Shown here in pieces: positions 42,799 through 51,911 of a DNA stretch of 64,000 bases (the stretch's first letter is position 1; the number at the start of each line of letters is the position of its first letter). A program made the position numbers and the translations under genes. Location: positions 128,001-192,000 of the forward strand of contig CAVYBU010000006.1 of assembly GCA_963766735.1 (NCBI GenBank), read 5' to 3'. Under the pieces are notes generated by a model that worked only from the letters and a program-made list of their open reading frames with translations, did no database searches and was not told the origin of the DNA. Source of the DNA: an uncultured Chloroflexia bacterium. Its GTDB lineage: Bacteria > Chloroflexota > Limnocylindria > Limnocylindrales > CSP1-4.

Positions 42799-43191
42799 CT
42801 ACTCCAGCCGCGGGGGGATCGGGTCCCCGTTCACGGCGTCCTCGTTGAGCGGCAGCAGCGGATCCGTGCCCGGCGTGCCCGTGAGCGTCGTAGTCAGCCA
42901 CTCCGCGGAGAGCTGTGCCATACGGGCGAAGTTGACCCCGTCGCCGAGAACACGGGCCGCCTCCTGCGGGCTGTGGAACCCGGTGCTGTCCTCTGAGGAG
43001 ATGAAGTCCCAGCGCAGACTGGCCTTGCGGTGGAAGTCGCGCGCCTCCTCCAGCTGCCCGTCCGTCGCGCCCGCCGCCCGGGCCGCGTTGATCGCATCGA
43101 TGGCGGCGATGATCGCCGTCTCCGTCTCGCGGAGCTGCCCGGAGGTGCGCTCCTGGATGGTGAGGATCCGATCGACCAGCGGGCGCCTCAC
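42799..43191 (-). pseudogene. C-terminal fragment of NrfA-like cytochrome c552 nitrite reductase
   Basis: AR.FHRKA..RWDF.SSEDSTGFHSPQEAARVL matches the NrfA C-terminal helices; no CXXCH and no signal peptide. Confidence 0.7.
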
Positions 43192-43202
43192 TCCCGGGAG
43201 GA

Positions 43203-43913
43203 TCAGCAACCCCAGGGTGCCTCGCTGGCGCCCCGCAGGTGCTGCGTGTCGTTCGCGACCAGGAGCTTCGCGTCCTCCGGCCCATCCCCCACCTCCCAGC
43301 GCAGCACCGTGAGGTTCGCCTGCGCCTGGACGAAGCGCTTGCGGTAGTCCCGCAGGTCCGTGCCCAGCGCCACGCACATGAGCACCCGGTTCGTGGAGCT
43401 GTGGCCGACGGCCAGGATCGGGCGCTCACCGGGACCGCCGCCGGGACCGCCGACCGCGGTGGCCGCCCGGAATGAGGCGCGCGCGTGCCACGCCGCGTGT
43501 TCCGCGATGAGGTCCGCCAGGAACGAGCGGACGCGGGTCGCCACGTCATGGCCGGACTCGCCACCCGGGCAGGCGAGGCGATCGGGCGCCAGCTCCCATT
43601 CGCGTCGGAAGGCTCCGTCGCGCTGGTCGATCTCGCCGTAGGTCATCCCCTCCCAGGCGCCGTAGTCCATCTCCCTCAGGCGCGGGTCGGGCTCGATTCG
43701 GGCGCCGGCGTCAAGGATCCCGGCGGTCTCCTGGGCCCGGAACAGCGGGCTGCTGATGACCCGGTCGAAGCGCACCGGCGCCAGGCGGCGCGCCAGGGCC
43801 TGCGCCTGCCGACGGCCGGCGTCGCTGATGGAGATGTCGATGTGCTGGCCCAGGTGCTGCTCGGGCTCCGAGCGGTCCGTGAGGCCATGACGGGTGAGGA
43901 CAAGGGTGAGCAT
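43203..43913 (-). CDS. Histidine phosphatase (phosphoglycerate mutase) family protein
   Basis: RHG, SSPLFRA, LREMDYGAWEG, GGES, VGH. Confidence 0.9.
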   Translation of the reverse strand: MLTLVLTRHGLTDRSEPEQHLGQHIDISISDAGRRQAQALARRLAPVRFDRVISSPLFRAQETAGILDAGARIEPDPRLREMDYGAWEGMTYGEIDQRDGAFRREWELAPDRLACPGGESGHDVATRVRSFLADLIAEHAAWHARASFRAATAVGGPGGGPGERPILAVGHSSTNRVLMCVALGTDLRDYRKRFVQAQANLTVLRWEVGDGPEDAKLLVANDTQHLRGASEAPWGC

Positions 43914-43975
43914 CAGGCCCAGTCTAGGACGGGCGCTCATGGGAGAATGGGGGCGGAGGTAGCAATCAGACAACC

Positions 43976-44212
43976 ATGAGCGATATGCACGGCACCAACG
44001 GCCCTGAGCAGCATGGCTCGGCCCACGCGGCGGCGGACGATCACGGCTCCGCGGACGACCACGCGGACGCTCACGGCCACGACGACCACGGGGGCGAGGC
44101 GCTCGGCCCGATCGACTGGCGGATGTGGGGCGCGGGTGTGGTCGGCGTGGTCTCGGCGCTGATCGTCGTCGCCGGGTTCGTGGCCGCGACGGACTTCTCC
44201 TTCATCGCCTGA
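43976..44212 (+). CDS. Small His-rich single-TM protein
   Basis: GGAGG upstream; 8 His in an acidic N-terminus, then LGPIDW and a TM helix. Confidence 0.65.
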   Translation: MSDMHGTNGPEQHGSAHAAADDHGSADDHADAHGHDDHGGEALGPIDWRMWGAGVVGVVSALIVVAGFVAATDFSFIA

Positions 44213-44307
44213 GCGCACCGTCTCCGCGCTCCGCGCTTGCCCAAGCGGCGCCCCTGCGCGACTCGCGCGATCGGGCTCGGCGCTTTGGGGCGCGGCGCGA
44301 TAGTGCG

Positions 44308-45262
44308 TCAGCCCGAGAACACGACCGCCACGATCGGGAACGCCACCAGCGTGGCCAGGGTGGCCAGGGACAGCGTGTCGGCAACGTAGTCGCGCTCGTC
44401 CTCGTCCTCCGGGCGCGACCCCATGTACAGCGGGATCACGAAGGGCGGCGGCAGAATCGCCATCGTCATCACGGCCGCCCCGAACAGCGCATCCAGCCCC
44501 AGCATGCCCTCCACGACCACCTTGTCGAAGACGATCGCGAGCAGCACCCACGCAGTCAGCCGCACCGCAACCGTCCGCGACGGCCAGCTCAGCGCCCCGC
44601 GGCTCAGCCGCGTGCTGTACCCGATCACGATGGCGATGAGCGGCGTCGTGCAGACAGCCAGCAGCCCCAGCGTCCGCAGCAGGGATTCGGTGAGCGGTGT
44701 CGAGTCCATCGCCGGGCCCAGTCCCACGAAGTTGCCGGCCACACCGGCCAGGATGGCGAGGATCACCGGCGTTCGCAGGAAGCCGCCAACCGTGTCCCGC
44801 AACCCCGGGGTCACGCCGGTCGCCCGCCGCGTGAGCATCGTCGCCAGGACGAAGAACACGAACAGGACCTGGCCGAGATCGACGATCCCGAAACGGTACA
44901 GCGCCTCCTGGCCGAACACGCCGCCGTAGATCGCATAGCCCAGCATCCCGACCTCGAAGCCGGTCATGAGGGGCCCGGTCAACGGCGAGCGCACCCCCGC
45001 CACCCGGCACAGATAGGGCCCGACGAGCAGCATCCCCACGCACGCGGCGAACACGAGCAGCACGATCGGCAGGTAGCGCAGCTCCAAGCGAGACGCGCAG
45101 GAAGGTCAGGAACAGCGCCGAGGGGAGCGTGATGGCGAGCACGAACCGCCGGAGGTCGACGATCGTCGACTCCGACAGGAACCCACGCCGGCGCATGACG
45201 GCGCCCAGCGCGAACAGCAGCAGGACCGGAAGCACCCGCCCGAGGGCGTCGATGATCGCCAC
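44308..45262 (-). CDS. AEC-family membrane transporter (single-base frameshift near 45090)
   Basis: GGAGG-GTG 45262; ITLPSALFLTF, GFEVGMLGY, PPPFVIPLY; N- and C-terminal halves in different frames. Confidence 0.8.
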
Positions 45263-45317
45263 GAGCCTCCTCGCGGACCGGGAAGCGTGCCCGGGAAGTG
45301 GCCCGGGCGCCCTCCGC

Positions 45318-47024
45318 CTAGAAGAGGCCGACGATCTCCCCGTCGTCGTCGATGTCGATGCGCTCGCCGCCGGGGCGGCTGTTGAGGCCCGGCATCGTCC
45401 GCATGTCGCCGCAGAGCGGGGTGATGAACCCGGCGCCGGCGCTGAGGCGGACCTCCCGGATCGGCAGCCTGTAGCCGCTGGGGCGGCCCAGGAGCTTTGC
45501 GTCGTGAGAGAGGCTGTACTGGGTCTTGGCCATGCACACGGGCAGGTGGCCGTAGCCCATGTCCTCGTACAGCTTGAGGCTCTTCGTCGCGGCCGGCGTG
45601 TAATCCACGCCGTCCGCGCCGTAGACGCGGGTTGCGATCGTCTCGATCTTGTCCTTGAGGGACATCTCGTCCGGGTAGAGCAACTGGAAGTCCGGGGAGC
45701 CCTCCTCCGCCGCCGCCCAGACTGCCCGGGCCAGGTCCTCGGCACCGGCGCCACCGTCGGTGAAGTGGCGGGCGACAACCGCGTCGCGCGCCCCGGCCGC
45801 GAGAGAGACGTCCTTGATCGCCTGGATCTCGGCCTCGGTGTCGGTCGGGAAGACGTTGATCGCCACGACGACCGGCACGCCATACGCGCGGACGTTCTCG
45901 ATGTGCTTGGCGAGGTTGACGCCGCCGCGCCGGACCGCGTCCGGGTTGTCCTCCAGGAGCGCCGGGTCGAGCGGCTTGCCAGCGACGATCCGGCCGACGC
46001 CACCGTTCATCTTGAGCGCGCGGATCGTGGCGACGATGACGGCGGCGTCGCAGGTCAGGCCCGATGCGCGGCACTTGATGTCGAAGAACTTCTCGGCGCC
46101 CATGTCGGCACCGAAGCCGGCCTCGGTCACGACGATGTCGGAGCCCGGCAGCGCGGCACGATCGGCGAGCACCGAGTTGTTGCCGTGGGCGATGTTGGCG
46201 AACGGGCCGCAATGGACGAAGGCGGGACCGCCTTCGAGCGTCTGCATCAGGTTCGGCTTCAGCGCGTCCTTGAGCAGCACCGTCATCGAGCCTGCGACCT
46301 TGAGGTCCTCGGCCGTGATCGGGGTGCCGTCCTTCTTCGTGGCCAGGACGATGCGGCCGAGCCGGGCCCGGAGATCCTTGAGGTCCGAGGCGAGGGCCAG
46401 GATCGCCATGACCTCGGACGCGACCGTGATCACGAACTGGCCCTGGCGGGGATACCCGTTGTCCTTGCCGCCGAGGCCGATGACGATCTCGCGCAGGGCG
46501 CGGTCGCTGATGTCGAGGACTCGCGGCCAGAGCACGTTGTTGGCGTCGATCCCGAGCGCGTTGCCGTGGTGGATGTGGTTGTCGATGAACGCCGCGGCGA
46601 GGTTGTGCGCTGCGCCGATGGCGTGGATGTCACCGGTGAGGTGGAGGTTGAAGTCCTCCATCGGGATGACCTGGCTGTAGCCACCGCCGGCGGCGCCGCC
46701 CTTGATCCCGAAGACCGGACCGAGGCTGGGCTGGCGAAGGGCGACGGTCGCCTTCTTGCCGATTCGCTGGAGGCCCTGGGCGAGGCCGACGGTGGTCGTG
46801 CTCTTGCCCTCGCCGAGCGGTGTCGGGCTGATGGCGGTGACGAGCACGTACTTGCCTCGCGGGCGCTCCCGCTCCTGGCGCTCGATCCCCTCGATCGTGA
46901 CCTTGGCCTTGCTGTTGCCGTAGAGCTCGATCTCGTCGTCGCGGTAGCCCAGCTCGTGGGCGACGTCGACGATGGGACGGGGCGTGACCGAGCGGGCGAT
47001 CTCGAGATCGGACGGGAAGGACAT
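45318..47024 (-). CDS. fhs: Formate--tetrahydrofolate ligase
   Basis: TPLGEGKST, RQPSLGPVFGIKGGAAGGG, HCGPFANIAHG, EAGFGADMGAEKF, AKTQYS. Confidence 0.98.
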   Translation of the reverse strand: MSFPSDLEIARSVTPRPIVDVAHELGYRDDEIELYGNSKAKVTIEGIERQERERPRGKYVLVTAISPTPLGEGKSTTTVGLAQGLQRIGKKATVALRQPSLGPVFGIKGGAAGGGYSQVIPMEDFNLHLTGDIHAIGAAHNLAAAFIDNHIHHGNALGIDANNVLWPRVLDISDRALREIVIGLGGKDNGYPRQGQFVITVASEVMAILALASDLKDLRARLGRIVLATKKDGTPITAEDLKVAGSMTVLLKDALKPNLMQTLEGGPAFVHCGPFANIAHGNNSVLADRAALPGSDIVVTEAGFGADMGAEKFFDIKCRASGLTCDAAVIVATIRALKMNGGVGRIVAGKPLDPALLEDNPDAVRRGGVNLAKHIENVRAYGVPVVVAINVFPTDTEAEIQAIKDVSLAAGARDAVVARHFTDGGAGAEDLARAVWAAAEEGSPDFQLLYPDEMSLKDKIETIATRVYGADGVDYTPAATKSLKLYEDMGYGHLPVCMAKTQYSLSHDAKLLGRPSGYRLPIREVRLSAGAGFITPLCGDMRTMPGLNSRPGGERIDIDDDGEIVGLF

Positions 47025-47939
47025 CTAGCGGGCCTCCGGCATGGGAACGGCGAGGGATCGGGCGCCGAGCGGGATGCGGCCAGTCGCCTGGTCACGCGCG
47101 GCGCGCACGAGGTGGGTGAGGAGGATGGCGTTGGTCAGCGGGCCGACACCGCCCGGGACGGGGGTGATCGCGGAGGCGACGAGGCTGGCGGATGCAAACT
47201 CGACGTCGCCTACGAGCTTGCCGTCGACGACGTTGATGCCGACGTCCACGACCACGGCGCCGGGCTTGAGCATGTCGCCGGTCACGAAGTTGGCCTTGCC
47301 GATCGCCACGACGACGATGTCGGCGGTCCGGATCACCGAAGGCAGGTCCTGGGTCTTGCTGTGGCAGACCGTCACCGTGGCGTTCTCGCGAAGGAGGAGG
47401 AGCGCCGCGGGCTTGCCGATCACGTTCGACCGGCCGACAACGACCGCATGCTTGCCGGCGATCTCGATCCCGGACTGCTTGAGGATCTCGATGCTCGCAT
47501 GCGCCGTGGCGGGGAGGAAGCCGTCGTAGCCCAGCGACAGCAGGCCCGCGTTGAGCGGGTGGATGCCGTCGATGTCGCGCATCGGGTCAAGGACGTCGAT
47601 GACGGCCCGCAGCCCGATCCCCTTCGGCAGCGGCATCTGGGTGATGATCCCGGCGACCCGCGGGTCCGCCTGCAGCGTGCGGAGCGCCGCGGCGATGTCC
47701 GGTTCGCCGGCGTCGCCCGGCAGCTCGACGAGGCGGTCCTCGATGCCGACGAGGCGGCAGCCGTCCAGGATCTTGTGGAGGTAGACCGCCGACGGGGCGT
47801 CCTTGCCCACGACCACGACGGCCAGGGCGGGCGCGTAGCCGTGTTCCCCGCGGAAGGAGGCGACGTCGGTGGCCACCTGCTCCCGGATTGCGGCCGCGAT
47901 CGGGCCGCCCCGCAGGAGGCGGGGTTCAGACTCGGTCAT
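47025..47939 (-). CDS. folD: Bifunctional methylene-THF dehydrogenase/cyclohydrolase
   Basis: QMPLP, DIDGIHP, GRSNVIGKP, DVGIN, TPVPGGVGP. Confidence 0.96.
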   Translation of the reverse strand: MTESEPRLLRGGPIAAAIREQVATDVASFRGEHGYAPALAVVVVGKDAPSAVYLHKILDGCRLVGIEDRLVELPGDAGEPDIAAALRTLQADPRVAGIITQMPLPKGIGLRAVIDVLDPMRDIDGIHPLNAGLLSLGYDGFLPATAHASIEILKQSGIEIAGKHAVVVGRSNVIGKPAALLLLRENATVTVCHSKTQDLPSVIRTADIVVVAIGKANFVTGDMLKPGAVVVDVGINVVDGKLVGDVEFASASLVASAITPVPGGVGPLTNAILLTHLVRAARDQATGRIPLGARSLAVPMPEAR

Positions 47940-47946
47940 CGGGGGC

Positions 47947-48615
47947 TCACTCGGTGCCGCGCTCGAGCGGCTCGCGGGGGTCTCCGCCGCGCACGACGCC
48001 GCGGGTCTGGCCCGCCAGGCGGTCGATTGCGTCCGCGAGCTCCTCGGTGCGGCGGAAGAGGTCACGCTCCATCAACGGGTCCCCGATGGATGGCAGGTTG
48101 ATGTACACGTTCGCCGCGGCGGAACGGGCGGCCGCGACGGCCATCAGGCTGGCGACCTCGAGGTCCGAGGAGGCGTTCCTGTTGCTGCGCCCGGCGAGCG
48201 CCTCGGCGAGGACGGCAACCTCGTAGCAGGCCTCGACGGTCCGGAACGGCGCAGCGGACGCGCCCTTGGCGGCCTCGCGCAGGGCCGCGGCGCGCGCTTC
48301 GCGCTCCTCGTCCGTCTCGCGGGGCATCTTCATCACCCTGGCGTAGACGGCGAACGCCGCGGCGTCCTCGTCCGCGAGGGCCAGGAAGCGGTCCGCCAGG
48401 GCCCGGGCAGCGGCGCCGGCCTCGGCAATGAGGGCTGCGTGCTCCGCGTACTTCGGGCGGCCCTCGGACAGGGTCGCGACCATCGCGACCAGTGCTGCCC
48501 CAAGGCTCCCGGCGATCGCGGCGGCACTGCCGCCCCCGGGGACAGGCTCGCCGGATGCGAGCCTCTCAACAAACGTCGCGACGGTCAGGTCGCGGAAGCG
48601 GGCATTTGGTTCCAC
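47947..48615 (-). CDS. fchA: Formimidoyl-THF cyclodeaminase/methenyl-THF cyclohydrolase (FTCD_C)
   Basis: ASGEPVPGGGSAAA, D.DAAAF, N.NASSD, NVYINL. Confidence 0.88.
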   Translation of the reverse strand: MEPNARFRDLTVATFVERLASGEPVPGGGSAAAIAGSLGAALVAMVATLSEGRPKYAEHAALIAEAGAAARALADRFLALADEDAAAFAVYARVMKMPRETDEEREARAAALREAAKGASAAPFRTVEACYEVAVLAEALAGRSNRNASSDLEVASLMAVAAARSAAANVYINLPSIGDPLMERDLFRRTEELADAIDRLAGQTRGVVRGGDPREPLERGTE

Positions 48616-48751
48616 CCGGCGATTGTAGGGATACGGAATGGTTGCGAGGGGGCCCGACCGGCCGGATTGTGACGGGCCGTCCAGCCCACCGCCCGTCATG
48701 GCCCGCGGGGCGAGCGCGCCGCGCCCGCCCCGCAGACGACCCGAGGAAGCC

Positions 48752-48777
48752 GACGGGGAGGAGCCGCGACTCCCGTC
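48752..48777. terminator. Hairpin downstream of SOS-regulated small gene
   Basis: GACGGGGAG...CTCCCGTC. Confidence 0.45.
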
Positions 48778-48790
48778 TGTGGTGGCGGGC

Positions 48791-49060
48791 TCAGGCGGCG
48801 GGCGCCAGCTCGTCCAGCCCGTCGATCGTCCAGCGCCGCGAACGGTGCTGGAAGGTGAGAGCCACCCGGAGTCCGGGCGTGTCCACCTCGAACAGCGTGC
48901 GGGGCCCGGTGATGGCCGGGTAGGCGGACTGCTCGTCCCGGACCGCCACGAGGCGGGTCACGGTGAGGTGTTCCTCACCCCAGGTGATCTCCCGGGGCGT
49001 GCCGCTGAACCAGTCGGTGCGGACCTGGACCTTCACGGGTGCGACGCGAACCATCGCCAT
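48791..49060 (-). CDS. Small beta-rich protein under LexA boxes (DUF6504-like)
   Basis: GGAGA SD, ATG 49060; G.P..I.W...L.V.R...F.V.T...W pattern. Confidence 0.7.
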   Translation of the reverse strand: MAMVRVAPVKVQVRTDWFSGTPREITWGEEHLTVTRLVAVRDEQSAYPAITGPRTLFEVDTPGLRVALTFQHRSRRWTIDGLDELAPAA

Positions 49061-49114
49061 GGCGGTGTCTCCTTGGACTTGGCGGGTCATCGTCACCCGG
49101 GGGCACTCCGGATG

Positions 49115-49167
49115 CGAACGTTTGTTCGTTTCGAGAGACACTAGATCGAACATGTGTTCGATGTCAA
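49115..49167 (-). promoter_or_regulatory. Sigma70 promoter with two LexA (SOS) boxes
   Basis: TTGACA-18-TAGTGT on minus strand; TCGAACATGTGTTCGA (49146-49161) and CGAACGTTTGTTCG (49115-49128) match GAAC-N4-GTTC. Confidence 0.88.
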
Positions 49168-50459
49168 GCGTCCGTGTCGAAATCTTCCGCCGTGTCCGTG
49201 ACATCTTGGATGTCACGATCCTCGGGCTCCGGGATGGATCTTCGGAGGCCCTGGCGATGCTCGACAGGGGTCATCGGGTCGCGTTCGAAGGGCGCCGGCA
49301 ACGCGGCCCTGACGAGGCGCGCCCGGGTCACGGCACGGTCGCCGTACTTGCGGCGGATGCGGTCGAGCGCCTCGGCCGCCTGGTGGCGTCTCGGATCGTC
49401 GCCGCCGAAGAGCGCCAGCTGGTCCCGGTCCCGGAAGTTCGACGCCGTCACGCCCACCAGCCGGATCCGCTGGCCGTGAAGCTCCTTGCGGAGCAGGGCC
49501 AGGGCGGCCTCGTAGATCGGTTCGGTGAGATCCGCCGCCACCTCGAGGCTCACCTGCCGCGTGAAGGTCGTGAAGTTCGAGTCGCGGAGCTTGAGCGTGA
49601 TCGTCACCGCCTTGATCCCCGAGGCCCGCAGGCGCCAGGCCACCCCATCGGCCATGCCCAGCAGGGTGCGTTCGATGACCTCGCGATCGGACGTGTCCAC
49701 GTCGAAGGTGTGCTCGTGCCCGATCGACTTCGCCGGTTCGCCGGTCGCCACCGGGTCCGGGTCCACCCCGCGCGCCCGCCCCACGAGCGCGGCCCCGTGC
49801 TTGCCGAAGCGACGCTCCAGCACCGCCGGATCGAGCGCGGCCAGGTCCCCGATCGTCCGCACCCCGAAGTCCAGCAGTGCGGCCGCGGTCTTCTCGCCCA
49901 CCCCCCACAGGCGCGAGATCGGCAGCGGGGCGAGGAACGAGGCCTCCTCGCCGGGCGACACCACGACCAGCCCGTCCGGCTTGCGCAGGTCGGACGCCAC
50001 CTTTGCGACCAGCTTGGTCGTCGCCACGCCGACCGAGGCCGTCAGGCCAACCTCGTCCCGGACCGCCTCCCTGATCCGGTGCGCGATCGCCTCCCCGTCG
50101 CCGAACAGGGCGCGCGACGCGGTGACGTCCAGGAATGCCTCATCGATCGAGATGGGCTGCACCTGCGGCGTGAACCGGCGGAGGATCGCCATGACCTCGC
50201 GGCTGGCCTGCTGGTACCTGCGGCCGTCCACGGGGAGGAACACGCCGTGGGGGCAGAGGCGGCCGGCCGTGCGGAGGGGCATCGCCGAATGGACGCCGAA
50301 CGTCCGGGCCTCGTAGCTGGCGGCGCTGACCACCCCGCGCTGGTTGGGCCCACCGCCGCCGACGATGACGGGCCTGCCCCGGAGCTCCGGCCGGTCGCGC
50401 TGCTCGACCGCGGCGAAGAAGGCGTCGAGGTCGACGTGCAGGATGGTCCGGGTGCTCAC
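49164..50459 (-). CDS. dinB: DNA polymerase IV
   Basis: HVDLDAFFA, SAASYEAR, SIDEAFLD, KVASDLRKPDG. Confidence 0.96.
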   Translation of the reverse strand: MSTRTILHVDLDAFFAAVEQRDRPELRGRPVIVGGGGPNQRGVVSAASYEARTFGVHSAMPLRTAGRLCPHGVFLPVDGRRYQQASREVMAILRRFTPQVQPISIDEAFLDVTASRALFGDGEAIAHRIREAVRDEVGLTASVGVATTKLVAKVASDLRKPDGLVVVSPGEEASFLAPLPISRLWGVGEKTAAALLDFGVRTIGDLAALDPAVLERRFGKHGAALVGRARGVDPDPVATGEPAKSIGHEHTFDVDTSDREVIERTLLGMADGVAWRLRASGIKAVTITLKLRDSNFTTFTRQVSLEVAADLTEPIYEAALALLRKELHGQRIRLVGVTASNFRDRDQLALFGGDDPRRHQAAEALDRIRRKYGDRAVTRARLVRAALPAPFERDPMTPVEHRQGLRRSIPEPEDRDIQDVTDTAEDFDTDA

Positions 50460-50572
50460 GTGCGTGATTCTCCCCCCCGTGAGGTGACAACGTCATGGCA
50501 TGGTGACGGGGGCTATCGCAGGGGACGCATGTTGCTACTCTCAGCGCCACGGGAACCGAAGGGATAACGAGC

Positions 50573-51871
50573 GTGGGAGAGGGCAGGGCCATCGAGGCGG
50601 CGCGACCGGGCACGACCGCGCGAGTTCGCGTCTACTTGGGTGAGACCGACGGCGCGCGGGCCGTGGAATATGCCCGACGCCACCCCGACCTGTCAGGCTT
50701 CGTCATCGTTGCTGTCCTCGCGGCAGGCGTGTTCCTGTTCACCGCGGACCGCACGCCCCAGTCCCTCGACTACTTCAACCGGCTGGCCGAGGCACTTCTC
50801 CACGGCCGCTGGTGGCTCGACGACGGGCCGTCATGGCTCAACGAGCTCATCCCCGGCGGCGACGGTCGCTGGTACGTGCCCTATCCGCCCGTGCCGGCCG
50901 TCCTGGCACTGCCGTTCGTCGCGGTGTTCGGCCGAGAAGTACCGGCACAGGTCTACAGCTCGCTGTACGCGGGCCTCGCCGTGGGACTGATGTACCTCGT
51001 CTTCGGGCGACTCGGCCTGGTCCTGCGAACCCGGGATCGCCTCGCTCTCGCGGCCGTGTTCGCGTTCGGGACAGTCTTCTGGTTCACGGCGATAGGCGGT
51101 TCGGCCTGGTACTTCGCCCATGTCGCGGCCGTGCTGCTGTTCGCCGCCTCCCTGCTGTGCGCGTTGACGAAGAGGCCGGCGTGGATGGCGGGGCTGCTGC
51201 TGGGGCTCGCCGCCCTGTCGCGACTCCCCGTCGGTCTCGCGCTGCCGTTCGTCCTGGCCGCGCAACTCGGCTTCCCGGGCCTCGCGGCCCTCCGGTCGAT
51301 CGACCGCCGCCTCGTGCGGACGGTCGTCGTGTTCGGCCTCGGGCTGGCGGTCCCGGCTGGTGTCTATGTCGCATTCAACCTGGTCCGGTGGGGCACCGTC
51401 CTGGACCAGAGCTACGTGCTCATCCCCGGAGTCCTCGAGGACCCCATCTACGCGAAACACGGGATCCTGTCGCCCTGGTACATCCCGCGGAACCTTCACG
51501 CGATCCTGTTCCGCAGCTGGAACTACGTCGACGACGCGCCGTGGCTCCAGCCGAGCTGGTGGGGCCTCGGCATCTTCCTCACGACGCCCCTGTACCTCTG
51601 GCTCCTCAAGGCGCGCCTGCGGACGCCGACGGTCGCGTGGGCCGTACTGGCCACCGCGATCGTCTCGATCCCGATCATCACCCACGGCAACGTCGGCATC
51701 AGCCAGTTCGGGTACCGGTTCAGCCTCGACTTCCAGCCGCTGTTGTTCGTGATCCTGGCGACGGTCATCGTCCGCGGGTGGTCGAGGCTCGCGACCGTGG
51801 CCGCGGTCGCCTCGATCGTGATCTGCGGCTACGCGGTCTGGGCGATCTCCATCGGCTTCGTCGCCTTCTGA
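50573..51871 (+). CDS. Polytopic membrane glycosyltransferase-like protein (GT-C fold)
   Basis: Many TMs; YVPYPPVPA, WYFAH, L.R.P, QFGYRFSLDF. Confidence 0.65.
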   Translation: MGEGRAIEAARPGTTARVRVYLGETDGARAVEYARRHPDLSGFVIVAVLAAGVFLFTADRTPQSLDYFNRLAEALLHGRWWLDDGPSWLNELIPGGDGRWYVPYPPVPAVLALPFVAVFGREVPAQVYSSLYAGLAVGLMYLVFGRLGLVLRTRDRLALAAVFAFGTVFWFTAIGGSAWYFAHVAAVLLFAASLLCALTKRPAWMAGLLLGLAALSRLPVGLALPFVLAAQLGFPGLAALRSIDRRLVRTVVVFGLGLAVPAGVYVAFNLVRWGTVLDQSYVLIPGVLEDPIYAKHGILSPWYIPRNLHAILFRSWNYVDDAPWLQPSWWGLGIFLTTPLYLWLLKARLRTPTVAWAVLATAIVSIPIITHGNVGISQFGYRFSLDFQPLLFVILATVIVRGWSRLATVAAVASIVICGYAVWAISIGFVAF

Positions 51872-51911
51872 GCCCGGCCCAAGGCCACCGGGCCAGACGA
51901 CGACCAGCGGG

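Noticed and set aside
45080-45100. Programmed frameshift or phase variation in the AEC transporter
   Set aside because: No slippery site or homopolymer; the argS indel points to sequencing error
45129-48101. 990-aa plus-strand ORF and similar long antisense or off-frame ORFs (e.g. 34734-36713, 29601-31580, 37356-39026)
   Set aside because: Shadow ORFs opposite well-supported genes; expected in high-GC DNA; no recognisable motifs
48616-48790. ZTP/THF riboswitch upstream of fchA-folD-fhs
   Set aside because: Hairpins are present but there is no consensus match by eye; TACAAT 6 nt before the GTG suggests a leaderless mRNA. An Rfam scan would settle it
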